Below are positions 1 to 10,511 of a DNA stretch of 64,000 bases, one piece after another. Position 1 is the stretch's first letter; the number at the start of each line of letters is the position of its first letter. A model generated the notes under the pieces. The model ran no database searches and was not told the origin of the DNA. It saw only the letters and a list, made by a program, of their open reading frames with translations. A program made the translations under genes and the position numbers. The stretch spans positions 416,001 to 480,000 of the forward strand of contig CAWBMV010000006.1 of the NCBI GenBank assembly GCA_963789955.1. Direction: 5' to 3'. The stretch comes from an uncultured Candidatus Rokubacteria bacterium. GTDB taxonomy: Bacteria; Methylomirabilota; Methylomirabilia; Rokubacteriales; CSP1-6.

Positions 1-1104
1 CCTGCGCTTCGGACCGCCCGAGTTCTTCGCGATCCAGCTCCTGACCTTCTCGAGCTTCATCGGCCTCGGGCGGCGGCGATCCGCTGAAGTCCCTGGTGTC
101 GATCGTGCTCGGATTCATCCTGGCCGCCGTCGGGCTCGACATCGTCACCGGCCAGCTCCGGATGACGTTTGGCTTCGTGGACCTCATGAAGGGCTTTGAC
201 TTCATCGTGGCGGTCATCGGGCTCTTCGGGATCGGCGAGATCCTCCTCAGCGTCGAGGAGGGGCTGAGCTTCAAGGGCGCCGTCACCGGCATGAACCTGC
301 GCGTGGTGCTCGACACCTGGAAGATCTTGCCGCGCTATGCGCGCACCTTCGTACGCGAGTGCCTTCATCGGCTTCTGGATGGGGTTCAAGCCCGGCGGCG
401 CCACCCCCGCCTCGTTCATGAGCTACGCCTTCGCCAAGCGCTTCTCGAAGCACCCCGAGCGGTTCGGCAAGGGCGAGCTCGAGGGCGTGGTGGCCCCGGA
501 GACGGCCGCCCACGCCGCCGGCGTCGCGGCGATCCTGCCGATGATCACCCTCGGCATCCCCGGCTCCCCGACGGCGGCGGTCATGCTCGGCGGGCTCATC
601 ATCTGGGGTCTGCAGCCGGGACCGCTTCTCTTCACGGAGAAGCCCGACTTCGTCTGGGGGCTCATCGCCAGCATGTACACCGGCAACATCATCGGCGTCC
701 TGATGGTGCTGGCGTTCGTGCCGTTCTTCGCGGCCATCTTGAGGATCCCGTTCGCGATCCTGACGCCGCTGATCGTCGTCGTGTGCGCGATCGGCTCGTA
801 CGCCGTCCACAACAGCATGATCGACATCTGGTACATGCTGATCTTCGGGGTGATCGGCTACGTGTTCAAGAAGCTCGACTACCCGCTCGCGCCGCTCGTG
901 CTGGCCCTGGTCCTGGGCGACCTGGCCGAGAACGCGCTCCGCCAGAGCCTGATCATGTCCCAGGGCTCGCTCGCGATCTTCGTGTCGCGCCCGATCGCCG
1001 GGGTGATCACGGCCGTGGCGATCTTCTTCTTCGTGCTCCCGGTGCTGACGCCGTGGTGGCGGCGCATGCGTGGGACCACGGTACCGCCGGCGCGGCCGAG
1101 CTGA
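1..1104 (+). CDS. tctA: Tripartite tricarboxylate transporter TctA family permease (5'-partial; frameshift near 357)
   Basis: VGLDIVTGQLRMTFG, then in the shifted frame PGGATPASFMSY, GELEGVVAPETA, LPMITLGIPGS and GLQPGPLLF; ORFs 96.. and 337..1104. Confidence 0.9.
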
Positions 1105-1802
1105 TGGCGCTGCTCAGCGACCCCGAATTCTGGATCCGGTTACTGGGTATCGGTGTGTTGAACCTCCTCCTTTCGGGCGACAACGCCCTGGTCATCGCGC
1201 TGGCGGTGCGCGCGCTGCCGAAGCGAAAGCGGGTGCAGGGGCAGGTCTGGGGCGCGGTCGGCGCGGTCGTCCTCCGTCTGATCTTCGTGGGGATCGTCAG
1301 CGTGCTGTTGAGAATCCCGCTGCTCCAGCTGGTCGGCGGGCTCCTGCTCGTGTGGATCGCGGTCAGGCTCGTCCGGCCGGAGACCGGCGGCGACAACCAG
1401 GTCCGGCGGGGCGCGTCCTTGTGGGAGGCGATCTGGATCATCATCGTGGCCGACGTGACGATGAGCCTCGACAACGTGCTCGCGATCGCGGCGACCGCCC
1501 ACGGTGATTTCCTCCTCGTGATGTTCGGCATCGGCCTCTCGCTGCCGATCGTCATCTGGGGCGCCGGGCTCCTGGCGATCCTCATGAACCGCTTCACGTG
1601 GATCGTCTGGCTGGGCGGCGGCCTGCTCGGCTACGTCGCGGGCGAGATGGTGATCGGCGACCCGCTCGTGCAGCGCTGGCTCGCAAACGGCGCGACGGTG
1701 CTCCGCTATGTCGTGCCCATCACCGTCGGCGTGGCGATCACGGGGCTCGGCTGGTGGCTCGGGCGCGGGCATCGCCACGCGCACGTGGCGGAGAATCTCT
1801 GA
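1104..1802 (+). CDS. TerC/YjbE family integral membrane protein
   Basis: ATG overlaps the tctA TGA; motifs LLSGDNALVIALA and ADVTMSLDNVLAIA. Confidence 0.88.
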   Translation: MALLSDPEFWIRLLGIGVLNLLLSGDNALVIALAVRALPKRKRVQGQVWGAVGAVVLRLIFVGIVSVLLRIPLLQLVGGLLLVWIAVRLVRPETGGDNQVRRGASLWEAIWIIIVADVTMSLDNVLAIAATAHGDFLLVMFGIGLSLPIVIWGAGLLAILMNRFTWIVWLGGGLLGYVAGEMVIGDPLVQRWLANGATVLRYVVPITVGVAITGLGWWLGRGHRHAHVAENL

Positions 1803-1809
1803 GGCGCCG

Positions 1810-2575
1810 ATGAGCGCGCCCGAGCGTCGGCGAACGGGGGATCAGGCCGTCGAGCTTGGACCGATCAAGTCGACGCGGATCTACGAGGAGATCGTCCGAC
1901 AGGTCAAGCAGCTGATCTCCGAAGGACGCTTCAAGAGCGGCGATCGGCTGCCCCCGGAGCGCGAGCTCGCCGAGAAGTTCGTCGTCAGCCGCACCTCGGT
2001 GCGCGAGGCCCTGCGCGCCCTGGAAAGCCTCGGCCTCATCGACATCCGACCGGGCGAGGGGACGTTCGTCCGCGAGGTGTCGATCGACGCGCTGATCGGT
2101 CCACTGGCCCTCGTGATGACCTCGCAGCGCGAAGCGATCGGCGAGCTCTTCGAGGCCCGTCGGGTGCTGGAGCCGGCCATTGCCGCGCTCGCGGCGAGCC
2201 GCGCGACGCCGGACGAGGTCCAGGAGATGGAGCGCATCCTCGAGGACCAGGCCCGGGAGATCGCCGAAGGGCGCACCGGGCTCGCGCAGGACGCGGCCTT
2301 TCACGCCGCGATCGGCACGGCCGCTCACAACCGGGCGATCACGCGGCTCGTGCACGCGATCATGGATCTCCTCACGCAAAGCCGCGAGGAGTCGATCAAC
2401 ACCCCGGGCCGACCTACGTCGCTCGCATCAGGACCACCGGCGCATCGTCCAGGCGATCGCGCGTCGCAATAGCGCCGCCGCGCGGCAGGCGATGCTCGAC
2501 CACCTGGTCGCCGTGGAGGCGCTCGTGCTCGGGCCGGCATCTCAGCGACCCCGAGGCGGGCGCTCGGGCGCTTGA
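1810..2575 (+). CDS. GntR/FadR family transcriptional regulator (frameshift near 2415)
   Basis: GDRLPPERELAEKFVVSRTSVREAL wHTH; FCD domain DAAFHAAI; tail HQDHRRIVQAI...AMLDHL in another frame. Confidence 0.9.
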
Positions 2576-2600
2576 CCGGGTCGGTGTCGCCCCGTATACT
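2572..2600 (+). promoter_or_regulatory. sigma70-type promoter TTGACC-N17-TATACT
   Basis: -35 at 2572-2577, -10 at 2595-2600, 17-nt spacer; GTG 7 nt downstream. Confidence 0.75.
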
Positions 2601-2607
2601 CCGCGTC

Positions 2608-2691
2608 GTGATTCACACGACGTCGCGAGTACCGCTTCTGGGCCTGATTCTGCTGGTACTGCCAGCCCTGCCTGGAGCATCCGCGACGTAG
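2608..2691 (+). CDS. Putative ilv/leu attenuator leader peptide MIHTTSRVPLLGLILLVLPALPGASAT (27 aa)
   Basis: Leu/Ile/Val run that includes codons rare for this GC level (ATT, GTA, CTT); followed by mutually exclusive hairpins and a terminator; upstream of ilvBNC/leuB. Confidence 0.75.
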   Translation: MIHTTSRVPLLGLILLVLPALPGASAT

Positions 2692-2742
2692 ACCGACAAC
2701 GGATGCCACGGGCGGGGGACGGCCCGTGGCGACTGAAACCTC

Positions 2743-2780
2743 AAAGGCCACGGGTCGACGACCCGTGGCCTTTCGTGTTT
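2743..2780 (+). terminator. Intrinsic terminator (attenuator hairpin)
   Basis: Perfect 14-bp stem aaaggccacgggtc-gac-gacccgtggccttt ending in a T-rich tail (tttcgtgttt). Confidence 0.8.
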
Positions 2781-2855
2781 GTGGGACCGCACTCCAGGAA
2801 GGCGGGCGAAAGGCGAATGAGAGCAGGCGCGGCGTGGTAACGAGCGGTAGAATAA

Positions 2856-2885
2856 TTGACACTGGTGCTCGTTATCCACTAACAT
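2856..2885 (+). promoter_or_regulatory. Second sigma70-like promoter TTGACA-N18-TAACAT upstream of ppdK
   Basis: Consensus -35 at 2856-2861 and -10 at 2880-2885 in an AT-rich patch. Confidence 0.55.
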
Positions 2886-2926
2886 CACAAGACTTTTTTG
2901 GTCATCGGGGACGGAGACCCGCGCCT

Positions 2927-5638
2927 ATGACGAAATACGTCTACTTCTTCGGTGGGGGCCGTGCCGAAGGCTCCTCGGTCATGCGGAACCTGCTCGGTGG
3001 TAAAGGCTGCGAACTCGCGGAGATGACCAATCTCGGAATTCCCGTCCCGCCAGGATTCACCGTGACGACGCAAGCTTGGGCCCACTACAACCGATCGGGC
3101 CACGAGTGGCCCGAGGAGCTGTGGGACCAGACGCTCGAGAACCTCCAGCGACTCGAGGGTGCCGCGGACGCCGGCTTCGGCGACCCCAAGCGTCCCCTCC
3201 TGGTGTCGGTCCGCTCGGGCGCCCGCGTGTCGATGCCCGGGATGATGGAGACCATCCTCAATCTCGGTTTGAACGACGCGACCGTCGAGGGACTGGCGGC
3301 GCGCACGCGCAACGAGCGATTCGCGTGGGACTGCTACCGGCGCTTCGTCATGATGTTCGGCGACGTCGTCCTCGGCGTGCGGCGTGAGGTCTTCGACGCC
3401 GAGCTCAACGCGACGAAGTCGCGTCTCGGCGTCAAGAGCGACCCCGAGGTGCCGGCCGCCGAGCTCCGAAAGCTGACCGACGTCTTCAAGAGCATCATCA
3501 GCGAGCGGACGGGCCGTCCGTTCCCGGAGGACGTGAAGGATCAGCTGAGGCTGGCCATCAACGCCGTGTTCGATTCGTGGTTCGCGAAGAAGGCCACCGA
3601 GTATCGGCGCATCCACAACGTCCCGGAGGAGTGGGGCACCGCGGTCACCGTGATGTCCATGGTCTTCGGGAATCTCGGCGAGACCTCCGGCACCGGCGTC
3701 GGCTTCACGCGCGATCCCAGGACGGGCGAGCCGCGCTTCTACGCCGAGTTCTTGCCGAACGCCCAGGGTGAGGACGTCGTGGCGGGTATCCGCACGCCGC
3801 TCCCGATCGAGGCGCTACACCAGCGGATGCCGGCGATCTACGACGAGGTTCTCGAGATCGCGGGACGCCTCGAGCGCCACTACAAGGACATGCAGGACAT
3901 CGAGTTCACCGTGCAGGAGGGTAAGCTCTACCTCTTGCAGACGCGCGCGGGCAAGCGCTCGGCGCGCGCCGCCGTCAAGGTGGCTCGCGACCTGGTGAAC
4001 GAGCACGTGATCGACCAGCACACCGCCTTGCTCCGGGTGCGGCCGCAGGAAGTGAACGAGGCGATCCGACCCATCTTCGACGACCGGGACAAGGCCGCGG
4101 CGATCGACAAGGGGCGGCTCCTGGCCCGCGGGCTCCCCGCAGCCCCGGGCGCAGCAGTCGGCAAGGCGGTCTTCGACGCCGATCGCGCGGTGGAGTGGGC
4201 GCGCGCGAACGAGAAGGTCATCCTCGTTCGTCCGGAGACCTCGCCGGAGGACGTGGCGGGCATGTACGCCGCGGAAGGCATCGTCACCGCGCGGGGCGGC
4301 CGGACGTCGCACGCGGCCGTCGTCGCGGTCGGGATGGGCAAGGCCTGCGTGGTCGGCGCCTCGGAAATCGCCGTGGACGAGCACCGCCGTGTCTTCGAAG
4401 TGGGTGGTCGCATCGTCCGGGAGGGTGACTGGATCTCCGTCGACGGCGGATCCGGCGAGGTCCTTCTCGACGCCATCAAAACTGTCGAAGGCGAGCTCGG
4501 CGACGAGGTCAAGGAGCTCCTGGCCTGGGCGGACCGCTATCGCACGGAAGGGCTCGGCGTGCGGGCCAACGCCGATACCCCGCTCGACGCCCAGCGCGCC
4601 CGTGAGTTCGGCGCCGAAGGCATCGGGCTCGTCCGCACCGAACACATGTTCTTCGCGCCCGATCGGATTCCGATCGTCCGCGAGATGATCATGGCCGCCG
4701 ACCAGTCGACGCGCCGCATCGCGCTCGAGAAGCTCCGGCCGTTCCAGCGCGACGACTTCATCGGGATCTTCCGCGCCATGGACGGGTTGCCGGTGACGAT
4801 TCGTCTCCTCGATCCGCCGCTCCACGAGTTCCTGCCGAACCACAAGGAGTACAAGGAGCTCATCGAGACGCGGAGCCGACTCGAAGCGCTCGGGATCAAT
4901 CCCGAGGAGCAGGCCCGGCTCGAGGCGCTCATCGCCAACGTCGAGAAGCTGCGGGAAGCCAACCCGATGCTCGGCCATCGCGGCTGCCGGCTCGGCATCA
5001 CGCATCCGGAGATCTACGGCATGCAGGTGCGGGCCATCATGGAAGCCGCCTGCATGGTCGCCGAGCAGGGCGTCCACGCCGAGCCCGAGATCATGATCCC
5101 GCTCACCGGGACCGTCGGCGAGATGAAGGAGACCTTCCAGCAGACCAAGCGAGTCGCCGACGGCGTCATCGCCGAGACCGGCGTGGCCGTGAAGTATCTG
5201 ATCGGGACGATGATCGAGGTGCCGCGCGCGGCGCTGATCGCCGCGCAGATCGCCGAGTTCGCCGAGTTCTTCTCGTTCGGCACCAACGACCTGACCCAGC
5301 TCACCTACGGCTACAGCCGGGACGACGTCGCGAAGTTCTTGCCGAAGTACCTGGACATGGGCCTGGTCCCGCACGATCCCTTCTCGGTCCTCGACCAGGA
5401 GGGGGTCGGCGAGATGATCAAGATCGGCATCGAGCGGGGACGGAGCCGCCGGCCGAATCTGAAGATCGGGATCTGCGGCGAGCACGGCGGCGAGGCCTCG
5501 TCGGTCGAGTTCTGCCACCGCGTGAAAATGACGTACGTGTCGTGCTCGCCGTACCTCATTCCAGGCGCGCGGCTCGCGGCGGCGCAGGCACGAATCAAGG
5601 AGCGGCAGGTGGGGGGCAGCGGCGATTACCGTGTGTAG
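2927..5638 (+). CDS. ppdK: Pyruvate, phosphate dikinase
   Basis: MTKYVYFFG, LLGGKG, VSVRSGARVSMPGMM, GGRTSHAAVV, NPMLGHRGCRLG, GICGEHGG. Confidence 0.97.
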   Translation: MTKYVYFFGGGRAEGSSVMRNLLGGKGCELAEMTNLGIPVPPGFTVTTQAWAHYNRSGHEWPEELWDQTLENLQRLEGAADAGFGDPKRPLLVSVRSGARVSMPGMMETILNLGLNDATVEGLAARTRNERFAWDCYRRFVMMFGDVVLGVRREVFDAELNATKSRLGVKSDPEVPAAELRKLTDVFKSIISERTGRPFPEDVKDQLRLAINAVFDSWFAKKATEYRRIHNVPEEWGTAVTVMSMVFGNLGETSGTGVGFTRDPRTGEPRFYAEFLPNAQGEDVVAGIRTPLPIEALHQRMPAIYDEVLEIAGRLERHYKDMQDIEFTVQEGKLYLLQTRAGKRSARAAVKVARDLVNEHVIDQHTALLRVRPQEVNEAIRPIFDDRDKAAAIDKGRLLARGLPAAPGAAVGKAVFDADRAVEWARANEKVILVRPETSPEDVAGMYAAEGIVTARGGRTSHAAVVAVGMGKACVVGASEIAVDEHRRVFEVGGRIVREGDWISVDGGSGEVLLDAIKTVEGELGDEVKELLAWADRYRTEGLGVRANADTPLDAQRAREFGAEGIGLVRTEHMFFAPDRIPIVREMIMAADQSTRRIALEKLRPFQRDDFIGIFRAMDGLPVTIRLLDPPLHEFLPNHKEYKELIETRSRLEALGINPEEQARLEALIANVEKLREANPMLGHRGCRLGITHPEIYGMQVRAIMEAACMVAEQGVHAEPEIMIPLTGTVGEMKETFQQTKRVADGVIAETGVAVKYLIGTMIEVPRAALIAAQIAEFAEFFSFGTNDLTQLTYGYSRDDVAKFLPKYLDMGLVPHDPFSVLDQEGVGEMIKIGIERGRSRRPNLKIGICGEHGGEASSVEFCHRVKMTYVSCSPYLIPGARLAAAQARIKERQVGGSGDYRV

Positions 5639-5663
5639 CGTTCGACTCGAGGAGGAACGCGAA

Positions 5664-7419
5664 GTGAGAATGTCCGGGGCTCGGATTCTTCTGGAGTGTC
5701 TGAAGCGTCAGGGAGTCGACTTGATCTTCGGCCTGCCGGGCGGCGCGGTCCTCCCCATCTACGACGTCCTGTACGACTTCGAAGGCCTGCGCCACATCCT
5801 GGTACGCCAGGAAGCCGCCGCCGGACACGCGGCGGAAGGCTATGCGCGGACCTCGGGCAAGGTGGGCGTCTGTCTCGTCACGTCGGGCCCCGCCGCGACA
5901 AATCTAGTGACCGCGCTGCAGGACGCGCTGATGGACTCGATCCCGATCGTCGCGTTCACCGGTCAGGTGCCCACGCACCTCATCGGCAACGACGCGTTCC
6001 AGGAGGCGGACAACGTCGGGATCACGCGTTCGTGCACGAAGCACAACTTCCTCGTGAAGGACGGCAACGACCTCGGGCCGATCATCCGGGAGGCGTTTCA
6101 CATCGCCTCGACCGGGCGCCCGGGGCCCGTCCACGTGGACCTGCCGAAGGACATCCTCGTCAAGGAATGGGACCTCATCTGGCCCGAGCACGTCCAGATG
6201 CGCTCCTACAACCCGAACTACGACGGCCATCCCGGCCAGATCAAGCGCGCGGCGAAGCTGCTGGCGCGCGCGAAGAAGCCCGTGCTCTACGTCGGCGGCG
6301 GTGTGATCTCGTCCGACGCGAGCGCCGAGCTGCGGGAGCTCGCCGAGCTCGGGCAGTTCCCCCTGACGCAGACGCTCGATGGGACTCGGCGCGTTTCCGA
6401 TGGAGCATCCGCTCTCGCTCGACATGCTGGGCATGCACGGGAGCTACTACGCGAACATGGCGGTCCACCACTCGGACGTGCTGGTCGCCATCGGGGCGCG
6501 GTTCGACGACCGGGTGACCGGCAGGGTCGACGCGTTCGCGCCCAACGCCGAGATCATCCACATCGACATCGATCCGTCCTCGATCTCGAAGAATCTCAAG
6601 GTCGACGTGCCGATCGTCGGTGACTGCCGGCGGGTTCTCGCCAAGCTGGTCGACGCGCTTCGCGAGGAGCTGAAGGACGAGCCGGCGCCGGCGGTCCGCG
6701 AGGGGCGGCGTCAGTGGGCGGCCCAGGTCGCCCAGTGGAAGCACGACGTCCCGTTCTCGTACGAGTGGAGCGACGACGTCGTCAAGCCCCAGTACGTCAT
6801 GCAGGAGATCTCCAACGCGACCAACGGTGAGGCCTTCATCGTCACCGGCGTCGGCCAGCATCAGATGTGGGCGGCGCAGTACTACAAGTTCAAGCACCCG
6901 CGGATGTGGTGCACCTCCGGCGGTCTCGGCACGATGGGCTATGGGCTGCCCACCGCGATGGGCGTCCAGGCGGCCAACCCGGGCAAGCTCGTCATCAACA
7001 TCGACGGCGACGGGTCCTTCCAGATGAACAGCCAGGAGCTCGCCACCTGCTTCGCCGAGGGTCTGCCGGTCAAGACCGTGATCATCAACAACGGCGGCCA
7101 CGGGATGGTCCGGCAGTGGCAGCGGATCATCTACAAGGAGCGTTACTCCGCGATCGACCTGCCGCAGATCCCGGACTGGGTGCGGCTGGCCGAGGCGTAC
7201 GGCTGCGTGGGGCTGCGCGTGACGAAGCCCAGCGAGCTCGTGCCGGCGATCGAGAAGATGATCGCGACACCCGCGCCGGTGATCCTCGACGTGTGCGTCG
7301 ACAAGGACGAGTGCGTGTTCCCGATGGTGCCGGCCGGCGGCGCCAACACCGACATGATCCTGGCGCCGCCCACCCGCGAGGTGCGGGACAAGGCCGCCAA
7401 GTCGCAGACGGGGTTCTGA
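5664..7419 (+). CDS. ilvB: Acetolactate synthase large subunit (frameshift near 6378)
   Basis: [49 protein letters not shown]; two ORFs 5631..6623 and 6379..7419. Confidence 0.95.
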
Positions 7420-7997
7420 TGCAAAACGGGAACGAGCCGCGCAAGCACACGATCTCGGTCATGGTCGAGAACAAGTTCGGCGTCCTGTCCCGGGTCGCCG
7501 GGCTCTTCTCGGCGCGCGGCTACAACATCGAGAGCCTGTCGGTGGGCGAGACCCTCGACCCGTCGGTGTCGCGCATGACGCTCGTCGTGCGCGGCGACGA
7601 GTTCGTCATCGAGCAGGTGACCAAGCAGCTGCACAAGCTCATCGACGTGATCAAGGTGACCGACCTGACCGACGAGGGTCACGTCGAGCGCGAGCTGGTG
7701 CTCATCCGCGTGAACGCCGAGCCGGCGAACCGGGCGGAAATCTTGAGAACCGCCGAGATCTTCCGGGCGCGGGTCGTCGACGTCACGCCGGTCTCGTTCG
7801 TCCTGGAGGCCACCGGGGACGAGGGCAAGCTCGAGGCGCTGATCGAGCTGCTGCGGCCGATCGGCATCCAGGAGCTCGTCCGGACGGGAAAGGTCGCCAT
7901 CGCGCGCGGCCCGAAGACACGCGTGCGCCGCGTCGAGGCACCGAGGAAGCAGCCGCGCGTCGCGGAAGACCCGAAGGTGGTCGGCTTCGCCGACTAG
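7419..7997 (+). CDS. ilvN: Acetolactate synthase small (regulatory) subunit
   Basis: [34 protein letters not shown] domain. Confidence 0.95.
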   Translation: MQNGNEPRKHTISVMVENKFGVLSRVAGLFSARGYNIESLSVGETLDPSVSRMTLVVRGDEFVIEQVTKQLHKLIDVIKVTDLTDEGHVERELVLIRVNAEPANRAEILRTAEIFRARVVDVTPVSFVLEATGDEGKLEALIELLRPIGIQELVRTGKVAIARGPKTRVRRVEAPRKQPRVAEDPKVVGFAD

Positions 7998-8028
7998 ACC
8001 CACCACTCACCGAAGGAGAGAACACGAG

Positions 8029-9036
8029 ATGCCCGCCAAGATCTACTACGACCAGGACGCCGATCTCGGCCTGCTGAAGGGCCGGAAGATCGCGATCATC
8101 GGCTATGGCAGCCAGGGCCACGCGCACGCGCTGAACCTCAAGGACTCGGGCCAGGACGTCGTCGTCGGACTCTACAAGGGCTCGAAGAGCTGGGCGAAGG
8201 CCGAGAAGGAAGGGCTCAAGGTCGCGACCGTCAACGAGGCCGCGCAGATGGCCGACGTGATCATGATCCTGCTGCCCGACCAGAGCCAGCGCCACGTGTT
8301 CGAGACCGAGATCAAGGGCGGCCTCGGCAAGGGCAAGATGGTCATGTTCGCGCACGGCTTCAACATCCACTTCAATCAGGTGGTCCCGCCGCCCGAGGTC
8401 GACGTCACCATGATCGCGCCCAAGGCCCCGGGCCACGTCATGCGCGACCTCTTCACGCAGGGCCCGGGCGTCCCGGCGCTGCTCGCCGTGTACCAGGACG
8501 TCTCCGGCAAGGCTCGCGACCTCGGCCTCGCGTACGGCAAGGGCGTGGGCTGCACCCGCGCGGGCGTGATCGAGACGACCTTCAAGGAAGAGACGGAGAC
8601 CGACCTGTTCGGCGAACAGACGACGCTCTGCGGCGGCATCTCGCATCTGATCAAGGCCGCCTACGAGACGCTCGTCGAGGCCGGGTATCAGCCGGAGGTC
8701 GCCTACTTCGAGTGCATGCACGAGATGAAGCTGATCGTCGACCTCTTCTACCAGGGCGGGCTCGCGTACATGCGCTACTCGGTCTCGGATACGGCCGAGT
8801 ACGGTGACTACACGCGCGGACCGCGCGTCGTCAGCGACGAGACGAAGGCCGAGATGAAGAAGATTCTCAGCGAAATCCAGTCCGGCCAGTTCGCGCGCGA
8901 GTGGGTGCTGGAGAACCAGGCCAACCGCGCCGGCTTCCTCGCGATGCGGCGGCGTGACGCCGAGCATCCGATCGAGGAGGTTGGCAAGCGCCTGCGGTCG
9001 ATGATGGCGTGGATCGCGCCCCCGCGGATGGGCTGA
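8029..9036 (+). CDS. ilvC: Ketol-acid reductoisomerase
   Basis: [37 protein letters not shown]. Confidence 0.97.
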   Translation: MPAKIYYDQDADLGLLKGRKIAIIGYGSQGHAHALNLKDSGQDVVVGLYKGSKSWAKAEKEGLKVATVNEAAQMADVIMILLPDQSQRHVFETEIKGGLGKGKMVMFAHGFNIHFNQVVPPPEVDVTMIAPKAPGHVMRDLFTQGPGVPALLAVYQDVSGKARDLGLAYGKGVGCTRAGVIETTFKEETETDLFGEQTTLCGGISHLIKAAYETLVEAGYQPEVAYFECMHEMKLIVDLFYQGGLAYMRYSVSDTAEYGDYTRGPRVVSDETKAEMKKILSEIQSGQFAREWVLENQANRAGFLAMRRRDAEHPIEEVGKRLRSMMAWIAPPRMG

Positions 9037-9666
9037 TGTCGAAGCTTCCCGTCGCGCGCGAGGGCTGGCCGTTCATCGCGATTCCGGCGGCGATCGCCGC
9101 CGGACTCGCGCTCGGCGGCCGGCGAGTCCTCGCAGTGCCCTTCGCGGCGGCGGCCCTGGCCTCTCTGGGATTCTTCCGCGACCCGGAACGAGACAGCCCG
9201 GCCCTCCCCGGCGTCGTGCTGTCGCCGGCCGACGGCCGGGTGATGTCCGTCGAAGAGGTCGACGACCCATTCGTGGGCCCGTCGGTGCGCGTGGCGACGT
9301 TTCTCTCGCCGCTCGATGTCCACGTCAACCGCTCGCCCATCGCCGGCCTCGTGGTCAAGGTCACGTACTCGCGGGGCCGCTTCCTGGCCGCCTACCAGCC
9401 GGAGGCGGGGCAGGTGAACGAGCGATGCGTCGTGAATCTCCAGGGGGATAGCTCGCGGATCACGGTGGTCCAGATCGCGGGCGTGGTGGCGCGACGTATC
9501 GTCTGCCGCGTCGGACGCGGGCGACAAGCTGGCGGCGGGCGAACGCTTCGGGTTGATCCGCTTCGGCTCGCGCACCGACTGCTATATGCCGCGCGGTACC
9601 CACGTCACCGTACAGGCGGGCGACCGGGTCACGGGCGGCGTCACCGTCCTGGGGACCTCGGCGTGA
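9036..9666 (+). CDS. psd: Phosphatidylserine decarboxylase proenzyme (frameshift near 9519)
   Basis: FFRDPER, SPADG, DVHVNRSP, QIAG..ARRI; GERFGLIRFGSRTD in the shifted frame. Confidence 0.9.
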
Positions 9667-10451
9667 TCCGGCGCGCCAAGGGGTCTCGGCGGCGGCGCTG
9701 GCACGAGCTTCGAGAGAAGCGCGGGCGCGGCATCGTCCTGCTGCCGAGCCTCCTGACGACCGGCAATCTGTTCTGTGGCTTCTTCGCGCTCCTGCTCACG
9801 GTCGACGGGCGGTTCTCCGACGCGGCGCTGGCGATCTTCGTCGCGATGGTCATGGATCTGCTCGACGGCCGCGTCGCGCGGCTGATGAAGGCCACGAGCC
9901 AGTTCGGCGTCGAGTTCGACTCGCTGGCCGACGTCGTCTCCTTCTGCGTGGCGCCCGCGTTCCTCATGTATTCCTTCGCGCTGAAGGATCTGAGCCGCCC
10001 GGCGTGGTTCGGCGCCTTTCTGTTCGTGATCTGCGGCGCCCTGCGACTCGCGCGCTTCAACGTCCAGACCGGCACGGTCGATCGGCGCTTCTTCATCGGG
10101 CTCAGCACGCCGGCCGCCGCCGGAGTCGTGGCCTCCAGTGTGGTGCTGCTCGGTGACGAGCCCCCGGAGCGATGGGCGCAGATCGCCCTCGCGGTCGCGG
10201 CCGGCGTGCTGGCCCTGCTCATGGTCTCCACGTTCCGCTACTGGAGCTTCAAGGAGGTCGACTTCGTGCGGCGCCGACCCGTGCAGTCGCTCCTGGTCGT
10301 CGTCCTGTCCATCATGATCGTGGCCACCAAGCACGACGTGTTCCTCTTCGCGCTCTTCACCGGCTACGCCGTCTCGGGGCCGGTGCGGCGGGTGCTCGTG
10401 GGGCGTACGCTCTCGGCGCCGGCCGAGCTGACCAGTAAGGAATCGTCGTAG
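9663..10451 (+). CDS. pssA: CDP-diacylglycerol--serine O-phosphatidyltransferase
   Basis: LPSLLTTGNLFCG, DLLDGRVAR...FGVEFDSLADVVSF, RLARFN. Confidence 0.93.
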   Translation: MIRRAKGSRRRRWHELREKRGRGIVLLPSLLTTGNLFCGFFALLLTVDGRFSDAALAIFVAMVMDLLDGRVARLMKATSQFGVEFDSLADVVSFCVAPAFLMYSFALKDLSRPAWFGAFLFVICGALRLARFNVQTGTVDRRFFIGLSTPAAAGVVASSVVLLGDEPPERWAQIALAVAAGVLALLMVSTFRYWSFKEVDFVRRRPVQSLLVVVLSIMIVATKHDVFLFALFTGYAVSGPVRRVLVGRTLSAPAELTSKESS

Positions 10452-10511
10452 GAGAAGCTCAAGGAAGTCGGCCCCTCGATCGGGGCGGCTCAGAATTCTG
10501 GAGGCCAGGTC

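Noticed and set aside
96..1802. Apparent fusions in the ORF track (tctA-TerC, psd-pssA, actD-actE-actF, cpoB-dprA, lgt-rtcB and others)
   Set aside because: Artefacts of indels and stop-poor GC-rich frames; each gene has its own start at an overlap junction or RBS
2726..2926. 67-aa N-terminal extension of PPDK
   Set aside because: It spans the terminator and second promoter; the real start is MTKYVY at 2927 with a GGAG RBS
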